This document shows, in pieces, positions 26,434-35,674 of a stretch of 64,000 bases of DNA. A program made the position numbers and the translations under genes. Each line of letters starts with the position of its first letter. Positions within the stretch are counted from its first letter, which is position 1. Below the pieces are notes generated by a model, which was given only the letters and a program-made list of their open reading frames with translations, was not told the DNA's origin and made no database searches. This DNA is from a bacterium (GTDB lineage: Bacteria; Cyanobacteriota; Vampirovibrionia; Gastranaerophilales; JBAXKC01), in NCBI GenBank assembly GCA_037137535.1, contig JBAXKC010000005.1:38346-102345 (forward strand), read 5' to 3'.

Positions 26434-27138
26434 TATAATTCCTAGAAAATCATACAAAACTTTTAATTATTTTTATTGTATTATCCACCCGCAATTACTT
26501 TAAGTTTAAAAATTACAAGTAATTATGGGAGTGGTTAATGTTTAAATACGTATTTCTTAATACGTCAAAAATATCTTCAATTACTAATATACTATAACCT
26601 GATAATAATGTACTAATTCATTAAGCTAATATTAAGACTGTATCAATATAGAATGAATTTATTAATGTCATTTACTCGTATCTCTACTGAATAATTATCT
26701 TTATGCCGTATGTAATTATTACAAAGAATGCCTTTTAGTTTTTAAATAGTTATTTTTAGTATGGTCGAACTGATAAGTTTTCGTTAAAGAATGTTTTTTT
26801 AAACTATCCATGCAAATAGGTAATAGTGGTAATGCTATAAGTCGTTTGTAAGCTTCATAATCATTTGTAAATAAATGAAACATGTTAATACCTTTGAGTT
26901 TACTAAATTAAAACTTTATTACGAGGTTAGAAAAATAAATAAATGTTAAATAAGGTATTAAAAAAAATAAATGAAGTCAGTTGTAGATAAATGTAATCTT
27001 TGCTTGATATATCGATTACACATTTAGCATGTTTCTAAAAATAGTGCTAAAACTAAATATTTAGTTATAGGGATGGTAGTTTTCAGGATGAGGAACCAGG
27101 TTATTCATTCTGGTAGAAAACAAAGGGAGGAAACTAGT

Positions 27139-29052
27139 ATGAGTTTCAAAAAAATGACATTAGCAGCAGCTATTACAATAGGTATGGTTGCAGTTGGCGG
27201 CGCTGCAAGAGCGGCAGATTTGAATGGTGCAACAATTCCTACATCATCAGATGCTTGTACACCAAGTAATATAATCTCTTCTCAGCAGGTTAATTGTCCG
27301 GTCAGCGGTACTTGTCCTGCTATGTCCACAGATGGTAAACTTGATTATTCAGAAAGACAAGTTTATGCGTTCCCTAATTTAAGTGGGCAAAACCTTGTAA
27401 TTCCTAATGAGAATACAATGGTTCAATTAGGTCAATCATCTGATGTAAGTGTTCCGACTAAAAACAATATTACAGGTGCGGCAGCTCCTATTGGTCAAAA
27501 TGGTGTAATTTTGAACAATAGAGCAGGTGTTGGAATCGCAGGACAAACCGTAAACCTTTCAGAAGAAAATACAGGTTGTTGCCCTGATTCAAAAAAAGCA
27601 GAAGCAGAACAGCCTAAGAGAACAGGTGCAGCTGCAGCAGTAGATGAGTCTTGTGCTCCTGTTAATCCTTGTACAGGCGGTGCAGCTCCTGCTAATAATA
27701 CTTTCCAATCAAGTTCAGGACTTCAAATTGAAAAGAAAATTCCTGAATGTGAATTAGAACAAATGAGAAAAACAGGTGCAGCCGCTGCAATAATTCCAAA
27801 TCAATTTACTGATGTAAGTTCTGATTTCTGGGCAAGTAATCAAATTAACTTGCTTGGTTCAAAAGGAATTTTGGCAGGATATCCTGACAGAACATACAGA
27901 CCAACACTTCCAACATTAAGATCTGAATTTGCAAGTATGGTTGTTGCAGGTTTAAATCTTGAAGGAACACAAGCTTATTCCGAGAAAAAATTTAAAGATG
28001 TTCCTGAAAATCACTGGGCTAGAAATGATATTTATAAAGCCTATAATCAAGGTTATATGAATGGTTATTCCGATAATACTTTCCGTCCGTCAGAAACTAT
28101 TTCCAGAGCTCAAGCGTTTAATTCATTCGCAAAAGCATTACCAGGTAAAATGACGGCTCAGGAAGCTCAAGGTGTATTAGCATCTTATGCTGATAATAAT
28201 ACTGTTCCTGATTGGGCTAAAATTGGTATGGCAGAATCTATTAGTGCAGGATTAACTAAAGATTCACCTGATCCTACAAGATTAAATCCTAATAAAGATG
28301 CTTCAAGAGCTGAAATGGCAGCAGTTATTGCTCAATTAAGACAAACATTAGCCCTTGATCCATCTAATATTCCTACGGGAGCAGCTTCTGAAATACAAAC
28401 ATTCCCTACACTCAGCTTGAAATTTAATGATATGTTACATGCTAGAGGTAGTCATATTGGTGATACTTTCGTAGCAGAAACTCAAGATCAGGTTACAATA
28501 AACGGACAAGTATACCCAACAGGCTCTAAAGTTCACGGTAAAATTGTTGAAGTTGTTATGCCTAATTTAGATAACAAAGGTTCAGTAAAACTTGCCTTTG
28601 ATACTATCGAAGATAATGGCCATAAAGCTGATTTACCTAAACAAATTTTATCAGCAGGTATTACAAGAAGTGATAATGTAAATATTATCGCAAGAGCTGT
28701 ACAATTCCCATTTGTATGGCCTGGTAAACTTGTCGGTACAGCAGGAAGATCAGTTTCTAATATTGGTATAATTGCTTCCAATACAGTTCAAGAGATGATG
28801 GGTGCTACCGGTTTTGCGGCTGGTCACGTATTCTCTGGTGAATTTGGCGCAGCAGGAAGAAACACTTATGAAGTTGGTAAATCACTTGCTATGGGCGTAG
28901 TTGATACAGGTAAAACTGTAATTAGCGGTACCGTAGGACTATTCAAAGAATCAGGTGATGAATTAACTTATATTGTATCTCCTGATACATTACAAGTATC
29001 AAGCATCAACCCTGATGAAGTTGTTCAAGTTGCATTTGGTTGCCCTCAATAA
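27139..29052 (+). CDS. Secreted S-layer-homology (SLH) domain protein with unclassified C-terminal domain
   Basis: GGGAGG RBS before ATG 27139. Signal peptide MSFKKMTLAAAITIGMVAVGGAARA. Three SLH repeats (FTDVSSDFWA..GILAGYPDRTYRP; FKDVPENHWA..GYMNGYSDNTFRP; a third ending ASRAEMAAVIAQL). Confidence 0.8.
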   Translation: MSFKKMTLAAAITIGMVAVGGAARAADLNGATIPTSSDACTPSNIISSQQVNCPVSGTCPAMSTDGKLDYSERQVYAFPNLSGQNLVIPNENTMVQLGQSSDVSVPTKNNITGAAAPIGQNGVILNNRAGVGIAGQTVNLSEENTGCCPDSKKAEAEQPKRTGAAAAVDESCAPVNPCTGGAAPANNTFQSSSGLQIEKKIPECELEQMRKTGAAAAIIPNQFTDVSSDFWASNQINLLGSKGILAGYPDRTYRPTLPTLRSEFASMVVAGLNLEGTQAYSEKKFKDVPENHWARNDIYKAYNQGYMNGYSDNTFRPSETISRAQAFNSFAKALPGKMTAQEAQGVLASYADNNTVPDWAKIGMAESISAGLTKDSPDPTRLNPNKDASRAEMAAVIAQLRQTLALDPSNIPTGAASEIQTFPTLSLKFNDMLHARGSHIGDTFVAETQDQVTINGQVYPTGSKVHGKIVEVVMPNLDNKGSVKLAFDTIEDNGHKADLPKQILSAGITRSDNVNIIARAVQFPFVWPGKLVGTAGRSVSNIGIIASNTVQEMMGATGFAAGHVFSGEFGAAGRNTYEVGKSLAMGVVDTGKTVISGTVGLFKESGDELTYIVSPDTLQVSSINPDEVVQVAFGCPQ

Positions 29053-29077
29053 GCGCTAAATTTAATTAACAACGAAT

Positions 29078-29108
29078 AAGAGGACTGGTTTCAGTCCTCT
29101 TATTTTTA
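29078..29108. terminator. Bidirectional rho-independent terminator between convergent genes
   Basis: AAGAGGACTG-gttt-CAGTCCTCTT perfect 10-bp stem, with an A-tract before and ATTTTTAT after. Confidence 0.8.
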
Positions 29109-29132
29109 TGAGTTTTTATAGTTCTTGAATTA

Positions 29133-29654
29133 TTAGCTTTTAAGAAAATCATCTAATGCTTGATCATTTTTTGTTACTTTTGGTTTATCGTAATATTTTT
29201 TTGCAAGATTAATAACACCTTTAAATAGAGAATCAAGTCCATGAATACCATGTTCTTCATCAACTATTACAGTTTTTTTGCCATCAGGTTGTTCAATTGT
29301 GTAAAAGTTTGCATCAGATCCAAAACAATGTTGAGGTGAATCTTCAGCATTATTTTTGTCTGATTGACTAATGTGTGGATCTTTGTTTATCTCTTTGATT
29401 GTTTTCATTGAGACAGTGAATGTATCTTTATCAGGTCCAATAGTTTTTAATTTTGATTTGCAGAAGTTACCTTTGTTCAAAAAATCATTAACTAAATTAC
29501 CTTCCGGATGTTTGATATCTTGAGGTTCTCCATTGCAAACACCAGATAAAATATCTGGATTTTGATCGCTAAAAACTTTTTTTAGACCTTCTGCATTAGG
29601 AAGATCAAATTTTAGGTTTGCTTTAAAAGCTATATTGTTTGTTTTTGAAATCAT
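29133..29654 (-). CDS. Hypothetical protein
   Basis: 173-aa ORF with no recognisable motif. Its N-terminus, MISKTNNIAFKAN, resembles other unknowns in the window. Confidence 0.5.
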   Translation of the reverse strand: MISKTNNIAFKANLKFDLPNAEGLKKVFSDQNPDILSGVCNGEPQDIKHPEGNLVNDFLNKGNFCKSKLKTIGPDKDTFTVSMKTIKEINKDPHISQSDKNNAEDSPQHCFGSDANFYTIEQPDGKKTVIVDEEHGIHGLDSLFKGVINLAKKYYDKPKVTKNDQALDDFLKS

Positions 29655-29885
29655 TGTTTTATTCCTATATGATGTACAGATTTAATGATGCTTTCATTAT
29701 AAGTATAAAAAAGTATGTGTCAAATTTTATAAGTAATAAAGTTTGACATCAAAAACCTTAAAATTCCTAACGTTTCATAATGCGATAGGTGGTTGTCATA
29801 ATGGTTTCATCTTATCCGCAAAAAAAAAGATTTACGGACAAACAATGATAAGATAATAAATTTAATTTAGATTTATATAAACTTG

Positions 29886-30563
29886 TCATGGCGTTTCAAA
29901 ATGTGGTTCATCTTTAAATGTTTTCCAATTGCCACCCCAAGAAAGACCTAATGATTCACCAATTTTTCCAGCATTAGAATACTCTGGCGATTCCCATTCA
30001 ATTTCACCATTTTTTCCAATAATAGCAATATCAAAAGCCTTACCGGAATTATGATTAGATTGTCCTCCACGTGCATTTGTAACAATTGGCCCAGGCGTTG
30101 TTCGTCCTTGAGCATAGAGTTTTTCTTGCTCGTCAAATGACCTATATCCTGAAATTATCTTTATATTAATTCCTTTGTCTTTACAAGCTAAATATAAATC
30201 AATAGCTTTTTGTGCGGCATCAGGATTCAATCCTTTTAATTTTTTTTTAATTGAGTCAGGGACTTCAATAGCTGATTTACCATCAGTCGCCTTTTCATTT
30301 ATTTGTTTTATCTCGTCTGGAGCCATTGGTTGTAAATCTATATTTTCTATACGAATTGATTGGTTGTCATTTGTAGAAGTGATTTCACTATTTTTTTCAA
30401 CACATCCATTTAGTCCGGTAGCAAGAAATAGGCTTGTAGCAAGTGCTGCTAAACCTAATTTTAGTTTTGAAATGGATTCTTTTTTTTGATTTGCATTAAA
30501 TCCAATACAATTAAATTCATATTTATCGTAAGTGAGCGGAGTGGAATTATTAATATTAGACAT
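29886..30563 (-). CDS. Peptidase M15 family (VanY/D-Ala-D-Ala carboxypeptidase-like) cell-wall hydrolase with N-terminal membrane/lipoprotein-like anchor
   Basis: Zn-ligand pattern SGYRSFDEQ..., SNHNSGKAFD (HxxxxxxD) and EPHFE (final His). Anchor LGLAALATSLFLATGLNGC. The ORF is open to 30629; M at 30563 is the likely start. Confidence 0.8.
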   Translation of the reverse strand: MSNINNSTPLTYDKYEFNCIGFNANQKKESISKLKLGLAALATSLFLATGLNGCVEKNSEITSTNDNQSIRIENIDLQPMAPDEIKQINEKATDGKSAIEVPDSIKKKLKGLNPDAAQKAIDLYLACKDKGINIKIISGYRSFDEQEKLYAQGRTTPGPIVTNARGGQSNHNSGKAFDIAIIGKNGEIEWESPEYSNAGKIGESLGLSWGGNWKTFKDEPHFETP

Positions 30564-30908
30564 TATCTTATTAGTGATTAAGGTCTTTTTTTCATTTAAT
30601 ACCAGCGATTCTGCTCTTATAATTCGCATGTTTGTCCCCTCTAACTTTTAGCAAAGCTCTATATTATTATATTTTTTGTTAATATTGAAAATTAATTTTA
30701 CTATTTTTATAGAATTAATTTAATTAGTGAGCATCATTGACTTTTTTTACTTCATTTTTATTCACTTTATTTAAAGTGTATCAAAAATATGGTATTAACT
30801 TCATTGAATTTAGCAATTCAGTTTTTTTATTTTTAAACAAATAAAAATAGAAGCTTGTTTGCTAGAAATATCTAAACAAAAAGCTCCTATTATTTTTTAA
30901 TTTTATAA

Positions 30909-32192
30909 TTACTTAACTATTGTTTTAACTTGCTCAATAGCCGAGGCTTCATTTTTATGTTCGGTGTTATATTTTGTTATTTGCGTGGATAACACTTCTT
31001 CTGCTTTCATAAGTTGTGGATCTTTTCCGTCTCTTACATCATCAGTAGTAACTTTAACGGTATAGTCCGGCATTATCCCTTTTTTATTTATATCTGTATC
31101 ATTAGGCGTTAAATATTTTTGAATAGTAATATTCATTCCTGAGCCATCAGGTAATCTGTTGATTTCTTGTACAATTCCCTTACCGAAAGATTTTGTTCCG
31201 ACTAAAGTTGCTCTTCCGTTATCTTTTAGAGCTCCGCTTAAAATTTCGCTCGCACTAGCACTGCCGCTATCTATAAGCAATACTACAGGCTTGTCGGTAA
31301 TAGTGGCTTTGTCGGATTTTTGAGTTTGTTTATATCCGTCTCTATCAACTGTACTGACTATTACACCGCCATCAAGCAGCATATCAGCTATTTTAACCGC
31401 ATTGGACAATAGTCCGCCGGGGTTTGATCTTAAATCAATGATATAACCACTTTTTGTGTTAAGTTTTTCTAGTGCATCTTTGACTTCATCGGCTGCATTG
31501 GAGCTTATAAATGAATTAAGTTTGATATAACCCATATTGTTTTCTACTTTTATTCCTTTTGGTGGAATTAAAGATACTGATTTAACGTTAATTTTGCTTC
31601 TTGCAATAGTAAAGCTTTTAAGTTCTTCGCCTCTTTTTACTTCTATAGTAACGGTAGTACCTTCTTCGCCTCTTATTCTGTCGGCAGCTTCTTTTACTGA
31701 AATACCTTTTGTGCTTTTCTGATCAATTTTAATTATTTCATCATTTGAGAGTAATCCTGCTTTTGCCGCAGGTGTATCTTCAATAGGTGATATAACTACT
31801 ATTTTCTCATCTTTAATACCTATTTGTATTCCAATTCCAAAAAGAGTTCCTTTTATTGAGTTTCCTTCATCAGCAAAAGCTTCAGGGTCTAAAAATCTTG
31901 TATATGGGTCATTAAGGCTTGCTAGCATTGTTTGAATAGCAAGATAAGCATCCGCATCGGTTTTTATGCTGTTATCGTATCTATGTCTCCATTTATTCCA
32001 ATCTTGAGCGTTTTCACTAGGGTCAAGGAATTTAACACTTACGATTTTCCAGACTTGGTCATAAAGTGATTGCGGTGTGTTGGCAAAGACACTATTTGTA
32101 AACATTCCAAAATAGGAAAAAGCTAGAGCTGAAATTGCCACAGGTAAGATTTTTTTTAGTTTTTTAGTTGTGTTTGTTTGTTTTGCGCCCAA
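30909..32192 (-). CDS. S41-family C-terminal processing (tail-specific) peptidase with PDZ domain
   Basis: Signal/anchor ILPVAISALAFSYFGMF. PDZ block GIGIQIG...VISPIEDTPAAKAGL. Catalytic blocks DLRSNPGG, GSASASEI and SFGKG. Confidence 0.9.
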   Translation of the reverse strand: MGAKQTNTTKKLKKILPVAISALAFSYFGMFTNSVFANTPQSLYDQVWKIVSVKFLDPSENAQDWNKWRHRYDNSIKTDADAYLAIQTMLASLNDPYTRFLDPEAFADEGNSIKGTLFGIGIQIGIKDEKIVVISPIEDTPAAKAGLLSNDEIIKIDQKSTKGISVKEAADRIRGEEGTTVTIEVKRGEELKSFTIARSKINVKSVSLIPPKGIKVENNMGYIKLNSFISSNAADEVKDALEKLNTKSGYIIDLRSNPGGLLSNAVKIADMLLDGGVIVSTVDRDGYKQTQKSDKATITDKPVVLLIDSGSASASEILSGALKDNGRATLVGTKSFGKGIVQEINRLPDGSGMNITIQKYLTPNDTDINKKGIMPDYTVKVTTDDVRDGKDPQLMKAEEVLSTQITKYNTEHKNEASAIEQVKTIVK

Positions 32193-32263
32193 TTTTATAT
32201 TCCTCTTTTCATCACTTGCAACTAATTACTATAATTGTAGCACATTGTTTTTTTTAGTGTATA

Positions 32264-33199
32264 TTATCCAGAGCTTTGATATTCTTCAATATAATGATAA
32301 ACAGTTGAAACGTCAAATTTTATTTGTTTTTTTAGCTCTTCTATTGAGTTGAATTTAACTTCGTCTCTTATTTTTTTTTGAAAAATAAGTTCAATTTCTT
32401 CATTATATATATTTTGATTAAAGTCTAAAATATGTACCTCAATAAGATTATAAGTTATGTCTGCAAAAGTTGGTCGTTTTCCTATATTTATTACTGCATT
32501 GAATAGTTCATTTTTTATTTTTGCTTGAACATAATAGACACCGTTTGCAGGCATGGCAATATATTCGGGTTTTTGTATGTTTGCAGTGGGAAAACCTAAT
32601 TCTCTTCCTCTTTGCATTCCCTTTATTACAGTTCCTTTTAATGAATAAGGTCTGCCTAAATATTCGGAAGCTGATGTTATATCGCCAACAGCCAAGAAGT
32701 CCCTTATCGAAGAGCTGCTTACCGCAATTTCATTTATTAGTACAGGAGAAACTACATTTACTTCATAGTTGTATTCTATTGAATTATTTTTAAGAAATTC
32801 ATAATTCCCTTTTTTATTTGCTCCAAAATTATGGTCATAGCCTATGGTTATGCTTTTTGCGTTTAATGATGCGATTAAATATTCTTTAAGGTATTTTTCT
32901 GCACTTATTTTAGAAAATTTATCATCAAAATCAATTAAAAAGACTGCATCAACGCCTTCTTTTTCTAAAAGTTCAAGTTTTTCTTCAGTTGCAGTAATTA
33001 ATTTTATTTTATTTTCAGAGGTTATAACTTCAGGATGTGTGTCAAAAGTTACAATACATGTAGGGCAATTAAATTCTTTACCCTTATCCATAGCAGTTTT
33101 TATAACTTTTTTATGGGCGGAATGTACACCATCAAACATCCCTAACGCAAGACTAGAGGCTTTAAAAATATTTTTTAACGGTGTTTTTATTATTTGCAT
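32264..33199 (-). CDS. ribF: Bifunctional riboflavin kinase / FMN adenylyltransferase
   Basis: GMFDGVHSAHKK (FAD synthetase HxGH-like motif). The C-terminal riboflavin kinase block has GRELGFPTAN, GVY and RPT...E.HILDF. Confidence 0.92.
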   Translation of the reverse strand: MQIIKTPLKNIFKASSLALGMFDGVHSAHKKVIKTAMDKGKEFNCPTCIVTFDTHPEVITSENKIKLITATEEKLELLEKEGVDAVFLIDFDDKFSKISAEKYLKEYLIASLNAKSITIGYDHNFGANKKGNYEFLKNNSIEYNYEVNVVSPVLINEIAVSSSSIRDFLAVGDITSASEYLGRPYSLKGTVIKGMQRGRELGFPTANIQKPEYIAMPANGVYYVQAKIKNELFNAVINIGKRPTFADITYNLIEVHILDFNQNIYNEEIELIFQKKIRDEVKFNSIEELKKQIKFDVSTVYHYIEEYQSSG

Positions 33200-33373
33200 A
33201 TATTCTCTCAGTCACCTAAGAACCACATTCATAATAGCATAGTTATGCTTAATTTTTTTATATATAAAGTTTGAATTCAATTCAAAATGAAAATATACTA
33301 ATAGACTGTTATCTCTAAGAAAAATATATTATAATAGATATTGTAGTGGTTTAGAATTTTCTGCGGAAGTTTT

Positions 33374-35047
33374 ATGTTGACTTATGCTGAATTAATTACT
33401 TTTGTTTTAACAATATTAGTTGGTATTACTGTATTTACTCTTTATAAATACGTAATGCAGAGTTTTAATGAGCTTTATGTTGAAAAAAACTTGAATAAAA
33501 ATGCACAATTCAATAAGATGAAAGAAATGCAGGAAGAAGCCCTTAACGATGTAGCTCTTTTTAAAAAAGCTATGCAATTGTATCAGTTAGGACAACTCAA
33601 CGAGGCTTTAAAACTTTTTAAAAGCTATGTGAGAAAAAAGCCCAATGATATTGATGCAAGACTTTCTATGACAGATATTTTCATACAGAAAAATGAAATT
33701 ATTCATGCTATTGAGCAATTAAATCATATAAAAAAACTTGATATGTCTAATTTATCCTTTAAAGAAAAACTTATTGAGTGTTACGAATCTTTAGGCAATT
33801 ATGCTTCTGCTGTTAACGAATTAAATGATTGTTTGAAAATAGTACCTGATAATATTTCTTATCTTAAGAGATCAGCAGCAATGTATAAAAAAGTGGGAAA
33901 CTTTAATTATGCTCTGGCTCAATATCAAAAAATATTGAAAATTGAAACTTCTGATTTGGCTACAAGAAAAGAAGTGGCTACTATTTATTTTGATAGTACA
34001 AATTATAAAAAAGCAGCTGAAGAATTAGAAATCTTATTAAGATATTCTCCACAAGATATGCAGATTTTAAAAAAACTTGCTCAATCTTATAAAAAATCAA
34101 ATCAATATGAAAAGGCATTAGGAACTTATAATCAAATATTATCCTTTGAGCCTGAAAATAAAGAAGTAGCAAAAGATTTAGCAGATGTTTACTGTCATTT
34201 TGGTAATTATCAAGCCGCAATAGCTCTTTATGAAAATATAATAAATCAACATGACTTTTCTTTAAGTGCAAAATCAAGGTATGCAGAACTTTTAACTTTT
34301 TGTTCTTATTTCGATAAAGCTATTTCTATCTGTAAAGATATACTATCAAAAGAAAGCAATAATGAGTACATTAACAATATTCTGTCTAAAGCCTATGAAG
34401 GTAAGGGCGATTATTTGTCCGCTATTGATATATATAAAGATTTAATAGCCGTTTCAAGAGATGAAGACAGTAAAAGTCATTATAGAAATTTATTAAGTGT
34501 AGTTTTGTGCAATTGGGGTGTTACTTTGTACAAACAGAAGCTTTATAATGATTCATTAGATAAATTTTCACTTGCTGTTTTTTATGATGACAAAAATCCC
34601 GATATTTATTTTAATCTGGGGAAAGCAAATCATCTGATTAAAAATTTTGATACAGCTAAAGCAAACTTTAAAAGAGCAATCGTATTAGCTCCTGATGATT
34701 ATGATTCTTATCTCGGAATGGCATCTTTATTTGAGGAAATAGGTGAAAAAGACAGGGCTTTAAGCTATTATCTACAGGCAAAGAAATTAGCACCTTTTAA
34801 TATTGAAGTTTTATGTGATTTAGGTGTTTTTTACGGGAAATATAACAACATGGATAAAGCTATTGAAGAGTTTAAATTAGCTGCATCAGTCGATGAAAAT
34901 TCTATTGATGCACATTATAATTTAGGCGTAGCTTATGAGATGGTAGGACAATTGCATTTAGCAAAAGCGGAGTATGAAAAAACACTTTTTATAAATCCTA
35001 ATCACCGTGAAGCTAAGAATAATCTTGAAGTATTAATGAATGATTAA
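33374..35047 (+). CDS. TPR-repeat protein with N-terminal TM anchor
   Basis: N-terminal hydrophobic helix ELITFVLTILVGITVFTLY, followed by more than 10 TPR-like 34-aa units (..A...Y..AL...P.......LA..Y...G....A). Confidence 0.8.
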   Translation: MLTYAELITFVLTILVGITVFTLYKYVMQSFNELYVEKNLNKNAQFNKMKEMQEEALNDVALFKKAMQLYQLGQLNEALKLFKSYVRKKPNDIDARLSMTDIFIQKNEIIHAIEQLNHIKKLDMSNLSFKEKLIECYESLGNYASAVNELNDCLKIVPDNISYLKRSAAMYKKVGNFNYALAQYQKILKIETSDLATRKEVATIYFDSTNYKKAAEELEILLRYSPQDMQILKKLAQSYKKSNQYEKALGTYNQILSFEPENKEVAKDLADVYCHFGNYQAAIALYENIINQHDFSLSAKSRYAELLTFCSYFDKAISICKDILSKESNNEYINNILSKAYEGKGDYLSAIDIYKDLIAVSRDEDSKSHYRNLLSVVLCNWGVTLYKQKLYNDSLDKFSLAVFYDDKNPDIYFNLGKANHLIKNFDTAKANFKRAIVLAPDDYDSYLGMASLFEEIGEKDRALSYYLQAKKLAPFNIEVLCDLGVFYGKYNNMDKAIEEFKLAASVDENSIDAHYNLGVAYEMVGQLHLAKAEYEKTLFINPNHREAKNNLEVLMND

Positions 35048-35203
35048 TCTGCTTTGTTTTGATAATTTAAAACTTAATAATAATTTGGCAACTTAAGTTA
35101 ATTATTAAATATACATTAGTATTATATAGTTAAATGGACTACTATATCTCAATTTTTTATGTAATAATAAAGCGTCTATCGTGAGTCTTATTTGGAGACA
35201 AAA

Positions 35204-35656
35204 ATGGAAAGAACATTTATTGCTTTAAAGCCGGATGCCGTTCAAAGAGGTTTAATCGGTGAAATTATCAGCCGTATTGAAAAAAGAGGTTTTAAAATCG
35301 TAGCTATGAAATTAATGCACCTTAGTGAAGAAAAAGCTAAAGAGCATTATAGCGAACATATAGGAAAACCTTTCTTTGACAAGCTTGTGACTTTTATAAC
35401 AAGTGGGCCTATCGTTGCTATTGTTGTTGAAGGTGTCAATGTTGTAAAAACAATGAGAAAAACTATGGGAGCAACTAATCCTCAAGATTCAGAATTAGGA
35501 TCAATCAGAGCTGATTTTGGACAGGATATGGGGAGAAATATTATCCATGGTTCTGACTCATTAGAAAGTGCAAAACGTGAAATAGCAATATTTTTTGATG
35601 ATTCTGAGATTTTACCGTCATGGAATAGAGATGTTGATAAATGGGTTATTGAGTAA
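35204..35656 (+). CDS. ndk: Nucleoside-diphosphate kinase
   Basis: GGAGA RBS before ATG 35204. MERTFIALKPD, GPIVAIVVEG and active-site NIIHGSDS. Confidence 0.93.
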   Translation: MERTFIALKPDAVQRGLIGEIISRIEKRGFKIVAMKLMHLSEEKAKEHYSEHIGKPFFDKLVTFITSGPIVAIVVEGVNVVKTMRKTMGATNPQDSELGSIRADFGQDMGRNIIHGSDSLESAKREIAIFFDDSEILPSWNRDVDKWVIE

Positions 35657-35674
35657 AAAATTGAAAATGGTTTT

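Noticed and set aside
23254-26457. SWIM-SNF2 helicase as part of a phage-defence island
   Set aside because: It is a single gene flanked by housekeeping genes (ThiF-like, SLH protein). There is no adjacent methyltransferase, nuclease, ZorA/B-like or other partner gene. SWIM-SNF2 proteins are widespread stand-alone chromosomal genes.
32844-33242. 132-aa ORF antisense to ribF. The same class includes many other 60-100-aa ORFs in the track that lie antisense or out-of-frame inside long CDSs (e.g. 375-557, 2884-3340, 7444-7786, 10794-11060, 17659-17913, 23857-25543, 30175-30489, 32521-32793, 33981-34277, 35996-36597, 45527-45957, 51109-51342, 53491-53754, 59029-59253, 59999-60238, 62586-62891).
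   Set aside because: Each is fully embedded in a longer ORF whose product has clear family motifs. Their translations are low-complexity and have no motifs or RBS. Shadow ORFs are expected in AT-rich DNA.
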